Assembly (NCBI GenBank): GCA_031416855.1
Contig: JANOUM010000365.1
Location: 1-33,507 of the forward strand
Source of the DNA: Rhodoferax sp.
GTDB lineage: Bacteria > Pseudomonadota > Gammaproteobacteria > Burkholderiales > Burkholderiaceae_C
Length of the DNA stretch: 33,507 bases
Direction: 5' to 3'
The translations under genes and the position numbers were made by a program. Under the pieces are notes generated by a model, which saw nothing but the letters and a program-made list of their open reading frames with translations, did no database searches and was not told the DNA's origin. Positions 1 to 9,418 of the stretch are shown here, in pieces. Numbering within the stretch: position 1 is the stretch's first letter; each line of letters starts with the position of its first letter.

Positions 1-1073
1 CGAAAGGCCCACGCGCCATCCTGCCGGAACCAGACGCCAAACAGGTATTCCAGGCCACCCTCGTCCAGCGGGTCGCCTTCCATGTCAAAAAACAGGTCGC
101 CGGCATCTGGTGCCGGCATGCGGTAAAAACCGCGCCTGGCATCCGGATCCAACGGCAGCACCAGCACGGCACGCTCGCCAGTGCGCCGGGCCTCGTCCTG
201 CAAGGCAGCCTGCGAACGCAGTCGCTCCAGCGTGTCGACATGGATCTTGGCCACCCCACTGCCCGCTGGCAAAGCGGCGAGCCTGGCCATGGTGTCAATG
301 CCTTGCCCCTGCAATCGGGCCCACTGCACGCGCGAGATGTTGGCCACCTGGCACAGGTGGTCGTCTGCCACCCGCTGCGCCTCGCAGCGACCGCGCCACG
401 AACACAGATCACAATGTGCGCAGGGTTCCGGGTAGACGGCCTCGCCGCCACCGGCCGCAAGCGACCCGACACGCTGCAAGAAACGGATCAGCAAGGCCTT
501 GAAGTAATGCATGTAGTCGGCGCAGCGAAAAGCACGCTCGGACTGATCGCCCAGCACCAGATGCATTCGCTGCGGCTCCATGCCCTGCGCGAACGTCAGC
601 AGATGACTGTAAAACGCCAACTGAACAAGAAACTTGGCTTTGGGGGAGCGTGCAAGTTTTGTGTCCGCGACCTCGTAGCACCAGTTGCCAAAATTCGATC
701 GCGCCCCATCGACCCGCATCAGGAAGTCGGCGTGCCCAAACAGTTGGCCGTTGCGCAATGTAGCCTGGTAGACAACTTGGGCGCCTGCGGCCATCGCTGC
801 CAGGGTGCGCGCAAGCTTGTCGTCGACGCTGCCACCCGCCTCGGCGATGTCGACCACGTGTCGCCCGCCAGCGCGAAGACGCGGCAGATAGGCCAGTTCA
901 TGTTTGGTGCCCTTGCGGGCGATCAGAGCAGCCGACTCATCGTCGGCCACCCTCTCGGCGCGCATGGTCGCGTTCTGCAGGCTTTGCAGATCGAGCGCTG
1001 TGAGCTGCGCGCACTCGAGGTAGCCGACCAGATCGGTTGCGGAAAAAAGATGCTGTCCGTCGCGCAGATGCAT
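1..1073 (-). CDS. TM0106-family RecB/Cas4-like nuclease (5' part; runs off the left edge of the window)
   Basis: Manual translation from ATG 1073, open to base 3: MHLRDGQHLFSATDLVGYLEC...GHADFLMRVDG...YEVADTKLARSPKAKFLVQLAFY (PD-(D/E)xK core plus QxxxY), PEPCAHCDLCSWRGRC Cys cluster, then GDLFFDMEGDP..GLEYLFG (RNase H-like domain start). Missing from the ORF track because there is no stop codon in the window. Confidence 0.88.
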   Translation of the reverse strand, partial: MHLRDGQHLFSATDLVGYLECAQLTALDLQSLQNATMRAERVADDESAALIARKGTKHELAYLPRLRAGGRHVVDIAEAGGSVDDKLARTLAAMAAGAQVVYQATLRNGQLFGHADFLMRVDGARSNFGNWCYEVADTKLARSPKAKFLVQLAFYSHLLTFAQGMEPQRMHLVLGDQSERAFRCADYMHYFKALLIRFLQRVGSLAAGGGEAVYPEPCAHCDLCSWRGRCEAQRVADDHLCQVANISRVQWARLQGQGIDTMARLAALPAGSGVAKIHVDTLERLRSQAALQDEARRTGERAVLVLPLDPDARRGFYRMPAPDAGDLFFDMEGDPLDEGGLEYLFGVWFRQDGAWAF

Positions 1074-1207
1074 AGCTGCTCAGTACTCGGCGTCAGCCGA
1101 TGCCCGGTTGTAAACACACGACACGGTCGAACGGCGCAAGACAGGCGGCAGAAAATCGACGGTGAAGCGGGATGTTTGCATGGGAAAGCGTTGGGCCAGC
1201 GCACCCG

Positions 1208-2116
1208 CTAGCCGATTCTGGCGGGGCTCTTGAAAACCTGCGTTGAATGCCAGTCAAGGAAACTCGGGGCGGGCCTGTATTCGCGACTCTGCGGCATGAT
1301 CAGTCCGGCACCGTGGTAAGCCAACATGATTGCGGCCGCCGCCTCACTGCCATTGAGATGTTGACTGAAAATCAACTGGTAGCTGCCGGGCAAAATCTTG
1401 AAGGCACCAAGGTCAAACACCTTGTGGTGCAACGAACACATGGCAATGCCGTTGGGCACAACATCCGGCCCGCGCGCCTGAAACCATTTGATGTGCGCAG
1501 CTTCCAGGCCAATCGTCTGGCGACCCATCCGCAAGTCGAGTCCGCACACTGCGCATCGGTATTGGTAGGCCATCAGCACCTTCTCACGAAACGCCGGATC
1601 CCGCCGCCGCACTGCATCCATATTCGATGGCAAATCGGCATCATCGCTCGGCAGTCCGACGGCAGCCAACACGTCGTCTCTGATGGACTCGGGAAAATGC
1701 GCTTGCACAATTCGCCGCGCGATGGTCGCGACCAATGCCGGATCGTTGCGCAAAGATTCATAAACCGCAAATGGGAATCCACCACTCACGTGGTGCTCAC
1801 GCAGTTCACCGATCGTCGGGGTGGCGCTCGGTGGTCGACGAACAATGAAGTCTGGTCCGTCGAGTGTCCACAGACCGTCCGTCTGCAAGTGCCAGAACGG
1901 GTTGTGGCGCGTGGCACCTGATCCATCAGGCCCGAACTCGTCCAAAAGTTCCTTGAGACAAGAATCTGCATCGTTCCAGTCAATAACCCTGGCCGCCCCG
2001 CTGACGACCCGTGCCAGTGCAAAAAGTACCAGCAAGGGTTTGTGCACTGCACGCCTGTCGCCACGCTGCCAAACCCGCAGCGAATCGAACGCAGTGATGA
2101 TCTCGTCGTTTGTCAT
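1208..2116 (-). CDS. SBD-HNH restriction endonuclease (phosphorothioated-DNA-binding type IV REase-like)
   Basis: N-terminal RAVHKPLLVL and NPFWHLQTDGLW motifs of the sulfur-binding domain; C-terminal RDPAFR..CAVCG..LEAAHIKW..GPDVVPNGIAMCSLHHKVFD HNH domain. Start taken as ATG 2116, which overlaps the corrected HIT stop (ATGA). Confidence 0.85.
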   Translation of the reverse strand: MTNDEIITAFDSLRVWQRGDRRAVHKPLLVLFALARVVSGAARVIDWNDADSCLKELLDEFGPDGSGATRHNPFWHLQTDGLWTLDGPDFIVRRPPSATPTIGELREHHVSGGFPFAVYESLRNDPALVATIARRIVQAHFPESIRDDVLAAVGLPSDDADLPSNMDAVRRRDPAFREKVLMAYQYRCAVCGLDLRMGRQTIGLEAAHIKWFQARGPDVVPNGIAMCSLHHKVFDLGAFKILPGSYQLIFSQHLNGSEAAAAIMLAYHGAGLIMPQSREYRPAPSFLDWHSTQVFKSPARIG

Positions 2117-2513
2117 GACCAGTAGTTCGCTTTCTCGGGCAAAACCCAACGCACGCCGCCGCGCGCATCGCGGGTGTCGCCAGCATACCGGGGATCAGGT
2201 GCACATGCACATGGGGCACGGTCTGCCCCGCACACGGCCCGTCGTTGAATCCGACGTTGTACGCATCCGGCGCAAACTCCTTGTCCAACAGGTCTTTGGT
2301 CACATCAAGCAAACCCATCACGGCAACCCGCTCCGCGGCACTGAGATGGAAGAAAGACCCGACGTGGCGTTTCGGCAAAACCAGCGTGTGTCCCGGTGAA
2401 ACCGGGTAGCCGTCCCTGATGACCACTGCGAGACTCGGACTGTTCTCGTTGACGATCCTGTCGGCTCGCAGAGTGCAGAAAAGACAGGGTTTGGATTCAA
2501 GAAATTTGTTCAT
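2113..2513 (-). pseudogene. HIT family hydrolase with a -1 frameshift
   Basis: CLFC..DGYPVSPGHTLVLPKRH..NDGPCAGQTVPHVHVHLIP histidine triad. Adding one base in the G run at 2190-2193 restores the typical C-terminus RYAGDTRDARGGVRWVLPEKANYWS* ending at 2113. Confidence 0.8.
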
Positions 2514-2517
2514 CACT

Positions 2518-2865
2518 TTAAAAGTGTAGGTCTTGAACCCAGATGTGCACTTGCCAAACCCGCATCCTCCACGTGTGCACCACGGCGAGCTGATCGGTGG
2601 GCTGCAGCCGACCCACTATGCGGTTGACGCAGCGCAGCGCCTCCGTCTGGGGCTGGCATGTCATGCTGCCGGAGCGGTCCACCACCAGCGCCAAGCGCAG
2701 GGGTGGGCGCAGCTTTGGACTGCCCTGCCCGGCTTGCACTGGCATGGTAGGTGCCTGCACGCGCACCAACACTTCAAGCGTGCCGCCGGCCGCAAGAACA
2801 CCGGCGCGGATGGGGCTCAGGATGACTGCTGGCGGCAGCACTGGCGAGGGATTGCTTTCTGGCAT
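2518..2865 (-). pseudogene. Truncated vWA (MIDAS) domain protein, N-terminal fragment
   Basis: LRLALVVDRSGSM DxSxS motif followed by EALRCV..LQPTDQLAVV; similarity ends near 2580, followed by an unrelated tail and a stop at 115 aa, far shorter than a complete vWA domain protein. Confidence 0.7.
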
Positions 2866-3193
2866 GCAGAACGGTCAACAACTTAGCCAACTGGTGATTG
2901 CAAACGGATATGCAGCAGCCACTGACAGCTCAGTAAAAGTGGCGTGTAGGACTGGCGTAAAAAGCTCACTCTTTCGAACGGGGTAGCACGAGGCTCCACC
3001 AATGTGATGCTCGCAATCAGTCCCGGACCAAACTCTTAATCGGGCAAAAATGCACCAATGACCTATCGGCCACGACACGCTAACCGAAACATAACACGGA
3101 GCGCAAGTTTCTCCGGAAAATGGCCGGGCAAACCCCGGTGCACAACTCTTAAACTACTGTCTCAAATCCCGCGTCTACTTTACGAAGGACATC

Positions 3194-3837
3194 ATGGACA
3201 TCTCGAACATCAAGGACAGGGTTGCCGTATTGACGGGCGCCGGCAACGGCATCGGTGAGGCGCTGGCGCTGCGCATGGCTACCGCCGGCGCGGCTGGCGT
3301 GGATGCGCCAGACACCAAATGGCAACGGTCGTGGGACGTCAATGTCATGGCCCACGTCCACGCAGCCCGGGTTGTATTGCCGGGCATGCTTGCGCGCGGC
3401 AGCGGTTGTCGTGCCAGCACCTGCTCGGCGGCCGGCCTGCTGACCAGCCCCGGGCAGCCCCCTACGCCGTCACGAAACATGCCGCCATCGCGCTGGCCGA
3501 ATGGCTGTCGATCATGCACGGCGCGGCAGGCATCCGGGTCAGCGTGTTCTGCCCACAGGCCGTTCGCACAAGGCTGCTCCAGGTATCGATCGATTTCGGC
3601 AACCAGGCGTCGCAGGCATTCGCCGCCATGGGCTCCCTGCTTGAACCCGACGATGTGGCGGTGCGCGCGATGAAGCGCATCGAAAACGAAGAGTTCCTGA
3701 TCCTGCCGCACCCCGAGGTGCGAGGCTATTTTCAGAAAAAGGCAGACAACCTGGACCGCTGGCTGTCCGGCATGCGCCGCGTCGTTGCGCAGGCGACCCG
3801 AGGCACCAAGGCTGGCAATAGAGAAGGCGCGTCATGA
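3194..3837 (+). pseudogene. SDR oxidoreductase with internal deletion and frameshift
   Basis: TGAGNGIG Rossmann motif joins directly to VDAPDTKWQRSWDVNVMAH, so the NNAG-containing segment is missing. The catalytic YAVTK lies in another frame after a missing G at 3452-3454. RBS GAAGGA precedes ATG 3194; the stop overlaps the next ATG. Confidence 0.8.
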
Positions 3838-4457
3838 ACACCCCGGTTGCGCCAACGCCAGAGGTCACCCGGGAACACGCCCATACACGCACGGTGCGGA
3901 TGGACGCTTACCGTCGCTCCGATGGCCTGTGGGACATCGAGGCCCTGCTGGTCGACGTGCGCGACTATGCGTCCTTCGGGGTTGAGCGCGGCCCGATCGC
4001 CGCAGGTGAACATGTGCATGACATCCGGGTCTGCGTCACCGTCGACAACGAGATGGTCGTGCGCGCTGCCAGCGCGTCGATGCAGGCGCACCCGTACCAC
4101 ACATGTCCGCAGGCCTTGCCCTCCCTCGCCGGGCTGGTTGGCGGCACATTGACGCGCGGGTGGCGCAAGCACGTGAAAACCCACCTGGGCGGTGAGCTTG
4201 GTTGCTCGCATATCCGGGAAGTGCTGCAACACATCGCCACGGCTGCCTACCAGACTATTCCGGTGTGGTGGTCTCAGCAAAGGGGCGACGTCATCCAGTC
4301 AGCCGACGGCGCACCGCCGCAGCACCTGGGACAGTGCAAGGCCTGGTCTTTCCAGGGCCCCGTCGTTGCCCGCATCTACCCACAGTTTGTGGGCTGGACA
4401 GGCACACCCGACCAATCACCGGTTGCCGCGCCTGGCGCGGCGCGCCGCCCGGGGTAG
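3834..4457 (+). CDS. DUF2889 domain-containing protein
   Basis: HTRTVRMDAYRRSDGLWDIEA, HDIRV, PYHTCP and GCSHIRE motifs; ATGA coupling to the upstream SDR remnant. Confidence 0.8.
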   Translation: MNTPVAPTPEVTREHAHTRTVRMDAYRRSDGLWDIEALLVDVRDYASFGVERGPIAAGEHVHDIRVCVTVDNEMVVRAASASMQAHPYHTCPQALPSLAGLVGGTLTRGWRKHVKTHLGGELGCSHIREVLQHIATAAYQTIPVWWSQQRGDVIQSADGAPPQHLGQCKAWSFQGPVVARIYPQFVGWTGTPDQSPVAAPGAARRPG

Positions 4458-4467
4458 GCTGGCCGTA

Positions 4468-4493
4468 CCGGCGGCGGATCGACCCGCTGCGCC
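4468..4493. terminator. Possible hairpin between convergent genes
   Basis: GCGGCGG-atcgac-CCGCTGC stem (one G-U pair) between stops at 4457 and 4505; no U tract. Confidence 0.25.
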
Positions 4494-4504
4494 GCAGCCA
4501 CCCC

Positions 4505-6160
4505 CTATTCAACGGGTGACTGCCGGCTCGGCCGAACCCAGTTCACCGGTGTGATCTTGCCCTCCCGTACCATCTCCAGCAACACATTTTTCTGAATCTT
4601 TCCGGTGGCAGTCATGGGAAACTGCTCGACGAAGAACCACTTTTCAGGTGTTTTCTGGGGCGACAGGTTCGCCCGGCAATACTGGTGTAGTTCGTCCACC
4701 GATGGCGGGTTTTTCAGGTCCTTGGCCATCACGACGGCGCCCACGATCTCGCCCCAGGTCTCGTCGGGCAAGCCGGCAACCGCCACCTGCGCCACGCCAG
4801 GGTGCTCGAAAAGGATGTCCTCAATCTCCTTCGGATAGAGGTTCATGCCGCCCCGGATGATCATCTCCTTGAGCCGGCCGGTGATCCGGAAGTAGCCGTT
4901 CTCGTCCATCGTCCCGAGATCGCCGGTGCGCAGCCAGCCGTCTTCGGTCAGCGCCGCCTTGGTGGCCTCCGGCTGCCCGTAGTAGCCCGACATCGTCATG
5001 AACCCGCGCACCCAGAATTCGCCGATCATGCCGACGGGCACGGTTTTGAGTGTTTCAATATTCACCACTTTGACTTCGCAGTGCGGGATCGGGCGGCCGA
5101 TGGTCTCGGATTGCAGCTCCGGGGAGTCGGTCGTGAGGGTTTCGGTAAACGGCCCGTTCGCCTCGGTCTGGCCGTACATGATGCAGAACTGGCAGTCGAA
5201 TTCCTTGGTGGCCCGCCGGACCAGAGGTGCCGGGACGGTTGCCGCGCCTGACAGGATCGACTTGAAGCTCGACACGTCGCGCTTCTTCAGGTCGGGGTGG
5301 TTCAGCAGCGCAAGAATCATGGTCGGAACGATGAGCGAATTGTTGCAGCGCTCGGCTTCGATCAACTCCAGGAACAGGCCCGGGTCGAACGACTGCATCA
5401 GCACAAATGTGCCCTTGCGGCTGAACGTTCCGATCTCGCTCACGATGCCGCCGCCAATGTGGAACAGTGGCATGGCATTGATCCAGACACCACCGTTTGG
5501 GAAGTTGGCGCGGGTGGCGATCTGGTGCGCCGCGTTGATGACGCCCCGGTGGTGCAGACAAGCCCCCTTGGGAAAACCCGTGGTGCCCGAGGTGTATTGG
5601 ATCTGCATGGTTTGAGTAGGAGACTGTTTGGGCAGTTCCCGAGCCGGATCACCCGCGGCTTTCAATGCCTCGATGTCCGATATGCAGATTGCGGTCTTGA
5701 GGTTCGGCAGCTTGGCCTGCACGGCCTCGACGATCTTGCGCAGGTCCTTGCCGCGGGAGCTTTCGGCGAACACGATCGCACTGGCGTCGGAGCTTTTCAC
5801 GACGAATTCCACCTCGCGCTCGGTGTAGGCCGGGTTCAGGGGCACGATGATCATGCCGGCAAAACACAGGCCCTGTTGCATGATCACCCACTCCGGGGTT
5901 TCCGGTGCCAGGATCGCCACCTTGTCGCCGGGCTGCAGGTGCGTCAGCAGCCCCCGGGCGACCTTCTGGACATCATTCATCAGCTGCTGGTAAGTCCAGC
6001 GCCGCCGCTTTGCGGGATCCGCCACGCCTTCGACCAGGGCCAGGCGATCAGGCACCTCGCCCGCGATCTTCATCATGAGGTCCGGCAGCGTCATTTCGAT
6101 CAGTTCGCCGACTTGTTCGGCGGGGAAATAGGACTCGGTGAATTTGGTGCTGGTTTCCAT
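4505..6160 (-). CDS. Acyl-CoA synthetase (AMP-forming)
   Basis: [12 protein letters not shown]-loop, YGQTE, WLRTGDLG, GRLKEMIIRGG, TGKIQK. Start ATG 6160 with RBS AAGGAGA; the longer track start at 6364 is not supported. Confidence 0.93.
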   Translation of the reverse strand: METSTKFTESYFPAEQVGELIEMTLPDLMMKIAGEVPDRLALVEGVADPAKRRRWTYQQLMNDVQKVARGLLTHLQPGDKVAILAPETPEWVIMQQGLCFAGMIIVPLNPAYTEREVEFVVKSSDASAIVFAESSRGKDLRKIVEAVQAKLPNLKTAICISDIEALKAAGDPARELPKQSPTQTMQIQYTSGTTGFPKGACLHHRGVINAAHQIATRANFPNGGVWINAMPLFHIGGGIVSEIGTFSRKGTFVLMQSFDPGLFLELIEAERCNNSLIVPTMILALLNHPDLKKRDVSSFKSILSGAATVPAPLVRRATKEFDCQFCIMYGQTEANGPFTETLTTDSPELQSETIGRPIPHCEVKVVNIETLKTVPVGMIGEFWVRGFMTMSGYYGQPEATKAALTEDGWLRTGDLGTMDENGYFRITGRLKEMIIRGGMNLYPKEIEDILFEHPGVAQVAVAGLPDETWGEIVGAVVMAKDLKNPPSVDELHQYCRANLSPQKTPEKWFFVEQFPMTATGKIQKNVLLEMVREGKITPVNWVRPSRQSPVE

Positions 6161-6396
6161 GTTGGTGTCTCCTTGTAGTGGGTTTGGTAGGGTGCGGTGA
6201 TCGGTCAGCGGCGTCTGCGGAACCTGTCTGTGTTCATGCCACGCCTGTTGGGGCTGCACCGCCATCGCGGGCCCTTCTGGCATGCAACCGGCTGGCGGAT
6301 CCCGGCGTTGATCCCGGGCAGGGGGCAGTGAATGAAGCGGTAGGGCAGCGGTCCGATCCTCCACGAGGTTGGTTCGGGCCAGAGTTTAATAAAATG

Positions 6397-6409
6397 GCGT
6401 ACTGTACGC
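6397..6409. promoter_or_regulatory. Palindromic operator candidate GCGTAC-T-GTACGC
   Basis: Perfect 6-1-6 inverted repeat in an AT-rich patch upstream of the ligase gene. Confidence 0.45.
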
Positions 6410-6618
6410 AAGTGTATTTTATATGCCGTGCAGCCATGGCGACCAAAAGGCCGAGTCCGGGCACCGACCGACGCGCCCATTCCTCCGGCCAGTATGCAGC
6501 AGGCCGCGCTTGCCTACAACCCGATCACGAAGCGATTCCCGGGCAAAAGACACTGCATTGGCCCGCACGCGGGCCCCAGGCCCAATCCCCGACGGGCTAT
6601 CAAAATGTTCGCCGAGCC

Positions 6619-7167
6619 CTATCCGCCAGCCGCATTTGCAGCCTTGACGGCCTGCAGATTTCGCTTGACCACGCTGAGCATGTCAACGAGTTTGTGGCGG
6701 GCCGCCTCATCCAGCCCCGCCAGAATGCGCTCACTCATTTCGTGGCTGCGCACCTTGATCTCGGTGATCATCTGCGCGCCCGTGGTCGTCAGGTAGATGC
6801 GCTTGACGCGGCGGTCGGATTCGTCCGGGCGCCGCTCGATGAACTTGGACGCCTCCAGCCGGTCGATCAGGCCGCCCAAGGCTGCCTTGCCGATATCCAG
6901 CACATTGGCCAGATCGCTCTGGATCATGCCGTCATGGCGCGCGAGGTGGGCCAGGATCCACCATTGCGAACGCGTTAGGCCGACAGGTTTCATGAAGTCG
7001 TCGAACACGCCGCGCCGCAGGCGCGACACATCGTGCATCAGGAATCCAAGGCGGGCATCCCAGTTGTCGGTGGCCTGGGGCTTGCCGGAAAGGCGCGCCA
7101 TTGTGGGCGCCACGGCCTTGGCCGGCTTGGCGGGCATGACCGACTGGGACGGCAAATTGCGTTTCAT
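6619..7167 (-). CDS. MarR family transcriptional regulator
   Basis: LGFLMHDVSRLRR..GLTRSQWWILAHL..QSDLANVLDIGKAALGGLIDRLE..RRPDESDRRVKRIYLT winged helix; AAGGA upstream of ATG 7167. Confidence 0.92.
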   Translation of the reverse strand: MKRNLPSQSVMPAKPAKAVAPTMARLSGKPQATDNWDARLGFLMHDVSRLRRGVFDDFMKPVGLTRSQWWILAHLARHDGMIQSDLANVLDIGKAALGGLIDRLEASKFIERRPDESDRRVKRIYLTTTGAQMITEIKVRSHEMSERILAGLDEAARHKLVDMLSVVKRNLQAVKAANAAGG

Positions 7168-7271
7168 GAATGCGTTCCTTGGGGTTGGCGGGACAAGCAC
7201 CCGACCTGCAAACCCGCATTTTACGAACCCATGTCGTAACCTAGGCTACCGTATTGCCTCCACGCCCGCAA

Positions 7272-8204
7272 TCAGAAGGCCACCTTCTCCAGGCCCTTGA
7301 GTTGCAGGATCTCCCGCGCCTCCGCGGGTGTGGCGATTTCGAGGCCCAGCCCTTCGAGAATGTCGCGCACCTTGCGCACCTGCTGGGCATTGGACTGCGC
7401 CAGTTGTCCCTTGCCGATCCACAGGCTGTCTTCCAGGCCGACCCGGACATTGCCCCCCATCGATGCCGCCATGGCCGCGATCTTCATCTGGCTGGCGCCA
7501 GCGCCCAGCACGGACCAGCGGTAGTCGTCGCCGAAAAGGCGGTCGGCCGTCCGCTTCATGTGCATCACGTCGTCCGGATGGGTGCCGATGCCGCCCAGGA
7601 TGCCGAACACTGTCTGGATAAAGAACGGCGCCTTCACCAGGCCGCGCTCCACGAAATGCGCCAGGTTGTACAGGTGCGAGGTGTCGTAACACTCGAACTC
7701 ATACCGCGTGTCATTGACCGACAATTCGGTCAGCACGGTCTCGAGGTCGCCATAGGTATTGCGGAAGATCAGGTCCTTGCTGCCTTCCAGGTAAGGACGC
7801 TCCCAGTCGTGCTTGAACTCCTTGAAGCGCTTGAGCATCGGGAACAGCCCGAAGTTCATCGTGCCCATGTTCATCGACGCCACTTCGGGTTTGAGCACCT
7901 TGGCCGGTTGCATGCGCTCGTGCACGGTCATGTAGGGCGAGCCGCCGGTCGTGAGGTTGATGATCGCTTCGGAGCGCTGCTTGATGACTTTGAGGAACGG
8001 CGTGAAGGATTCCGGCCGCTGGTCCGGCTTGCCTGTGACGGGGTCGCGCGAATGCAGGTGGATGATGGCAGCACCCGCCTCGGCCGCAGCGATCGACGCC
8101 TCCGCAATTTCCTCTGCCGTGACCGGCAGGTACGGAGACATCGACGGTGTATGGATGGCACCCGTGACGGCGCAGCTGATGATGACTTTCTTTTGCTGGA
8201 ACAT
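7272..8204 (-). CDS. Beta-keto acid cleavage enzyme (BKACE/Kce/DUF849 family)
   Basis: VIISCAVTG, HLHSRDP (metal-binding HxH), SMNMGTMNF, EFECYD, RVGLEDS; RBS GAAGGA before ATG 8204. Confidence 0.92.
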   Translation of the reverse strand: MFQQKKVIISCAVTGAIHTPSMSPYLPVTAEEIAEASIAAAEAGAAIIHLHSRDPVTGKPDQRPESFTPFLKVIKQRSEAIINLTTGGSPYMTVHERMQPAKVLKPEVASMNMGTMNFGLFPMLKRFKEFKHDWERPYLEGSKDLIFRNTYGDLETVLTELSVNDTRYEFECYDTSHLYNLAHFVERGLVKAPFFIQTVFGILGGIGTHPDDVMHMKRTADRLFGDDYRWSVLGAGASQMKIAAMAASMGGNVRVGLEDSLWIGKGQLAQSNAQQVRKVRDILEGLGLEIATPAEAREILQLKGLEKVAF

Positions 8205-8251
8205 GTCTTCCTTCTGTTGTTGGAGATAAGAACGATGCGGGCGACGCGTAC

Positions 8252-8425
8252 TCACGACCGCCTCAACGCCCGTATCTCGCAATTCTCATAGGTGAACTGC
8301 AGGTCGCGCGGGTCTTCGGGGCAATCTCCCACGCCGATGCCCAGCGCGTACAGCATGCAGTCACGGGCAGTGACCACGTGTTCGACCGGTGCAAATTGCT
8401 TGCCCAGAACTTTGTCGAGATTCAT
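8252..8425 (-). pseudogene. N-terminal remnant of a MaoC-type (hydratase-2) enoyl-CoA hydratase
   Basis: Manual translation MNLDKVLGKQFAPVEHVVTARDCMLYALGIGVGDCPEDPRDLQFTYE.. (LYALGIG and DLxFTYE signature), stopping after 57 aa. Below the ORF-track length cutoff. Confidence 0.75.
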
Positions 8426-8444
8426 GCTTGTTGCCGGTTGGCGC

Positions 8445-9359
8445 TCAGACCGGGTCCCAGGAGAACACGTCCTTGGAACGGTCCAGGGCGTAGAACGAGG
8501 GCTGCATCATCGGAATGGCGACGTCCAGGCAACCCTGCACCGTCCAGCCGGTCCCGCAATGCGCGGTGCGTATCGGGCGCGGCTGCGAGAACAGGTAGAT
8601 CTCGTTGTTGCGCACGCCAAAGATCTGCCCGGTCACGTACTTGGCGGCATCGGTCAGCAGCGCGCAGGTGAAGGGGGCGATCTTGTCCGCCTCGAGCCGG
8701 CGGTTGACCTCCATGCGCGCCTTGCCCTCGGGCGTGGTGGTCGGGATGGTGTCGACAATGCGCGTGAAGGCGAATGGCGCAATGCAGTTCGAGCGCACAT
8801 TGAAGCGCTCCATGTCCAGCGCGATCGCCTTGGACAACCCCACGATGCCCATCTTGGCGGCACAGTAGTTGGCCTGGCCGAAGTTGCCGATCAGGCCCGA
8901 GGTGGAGGTCATGTGTACGAAAGCACCTGTCTCCTCGGTCTTGAAATGCGGCGACGCGGCGCGCGACATGTTGAAACAGCCCTTGAGGTGAACCTGCACC
9001 ACGGCATCGAAGTCTTGTTCGGACATATTGTGGAAGATGCCGTCGCGCAGGTTGCCGGCATTGTTGACCACACCGTCGATGCGGCCATACAGGTCGAGCG
9101 CATTCTGGATGATCGCCTGGGCCGACTTCCACTCGGCAACGCTGTCGGTGTTCGCGGCTGCCGTGCCACCGAACGCGCGGATCGCGTCCACCGTCTGCTG
9201 CGCCGGTCCGGCGTTGCCGCCAGTGCCGTCGATGGCCACACCCAGATCGTTCACGATGACCTTCGCGCCCTGGCGCGCGGCCTCCATCGCGATCCCCTTG
9301 CCCACACCTGCTCCTGCGCCGGTGACCACGATCACTTTTCCTTCCAGCAAACCCTGCAT
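8445..9359 (-). CDS. SDR, MFE-2-like 3-hydroxyacyl-CoA dehydrogenase
   Basis: TGAGAGVG, VIVNDLG, NNAGNLRD, STSGLIGNFGQANYCAAK; RBS GGAG before ATG 9359. Confidence 0.9.
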   Translation of the reverse strand: MQGLLEGKVIVVTGAGAGVGKGIAMEAARQGAKVIVNDLGVAIDGTGGNAGPAQQTVDAIRAFGGTAAANTDSVAEWKSAQAIIQNALDLYGRIDGVVNNAGNLRDGIFHNMSEQDFDAVVQVHLKGCFNMSRAASPHFKTEETGAFVHMTSTSGLIGNFGQANYCAAKMGIVGLSKAIALDMERFNVRSNCIAPFAFTRIVDTIPTTTPEGKARMEVNRRLEADKIAPFTCALLTDAAKYVTGQIFGVRNNEIYLFSQPRPIRTAHCGTGWTVQGCLDVAIPMMQPSFYALDRSKDVFSWDPV

Positions 9360-9418
9360 GCTTATCTCCAAAAAAATGATGACTCCACAAACTGGAAAAC
9401 TCCATTGACCGCCCGCGT

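Noticed and set aside
240-1211. 323-aa plus-strand ORF
   Set aside because: Antisense shadow of the TM0106 nuclease; no recognisable motifs.
2992-3001. GGCTCCACCA, resembling the 3' end of tRNA-Ala or tmRNA, at the defence/catabolic boundary
   Set aside because: Only 10 bp, with no preceding T-arm (GTTCRA), no second copy and no integrase in the window; not enough to call an att site.
6161-6364. 68-aa N-terminal extension of the ligase in the ORF track
   Set aside because: A strong RBS precedes ATG 6160 and the extension has no family similarity.
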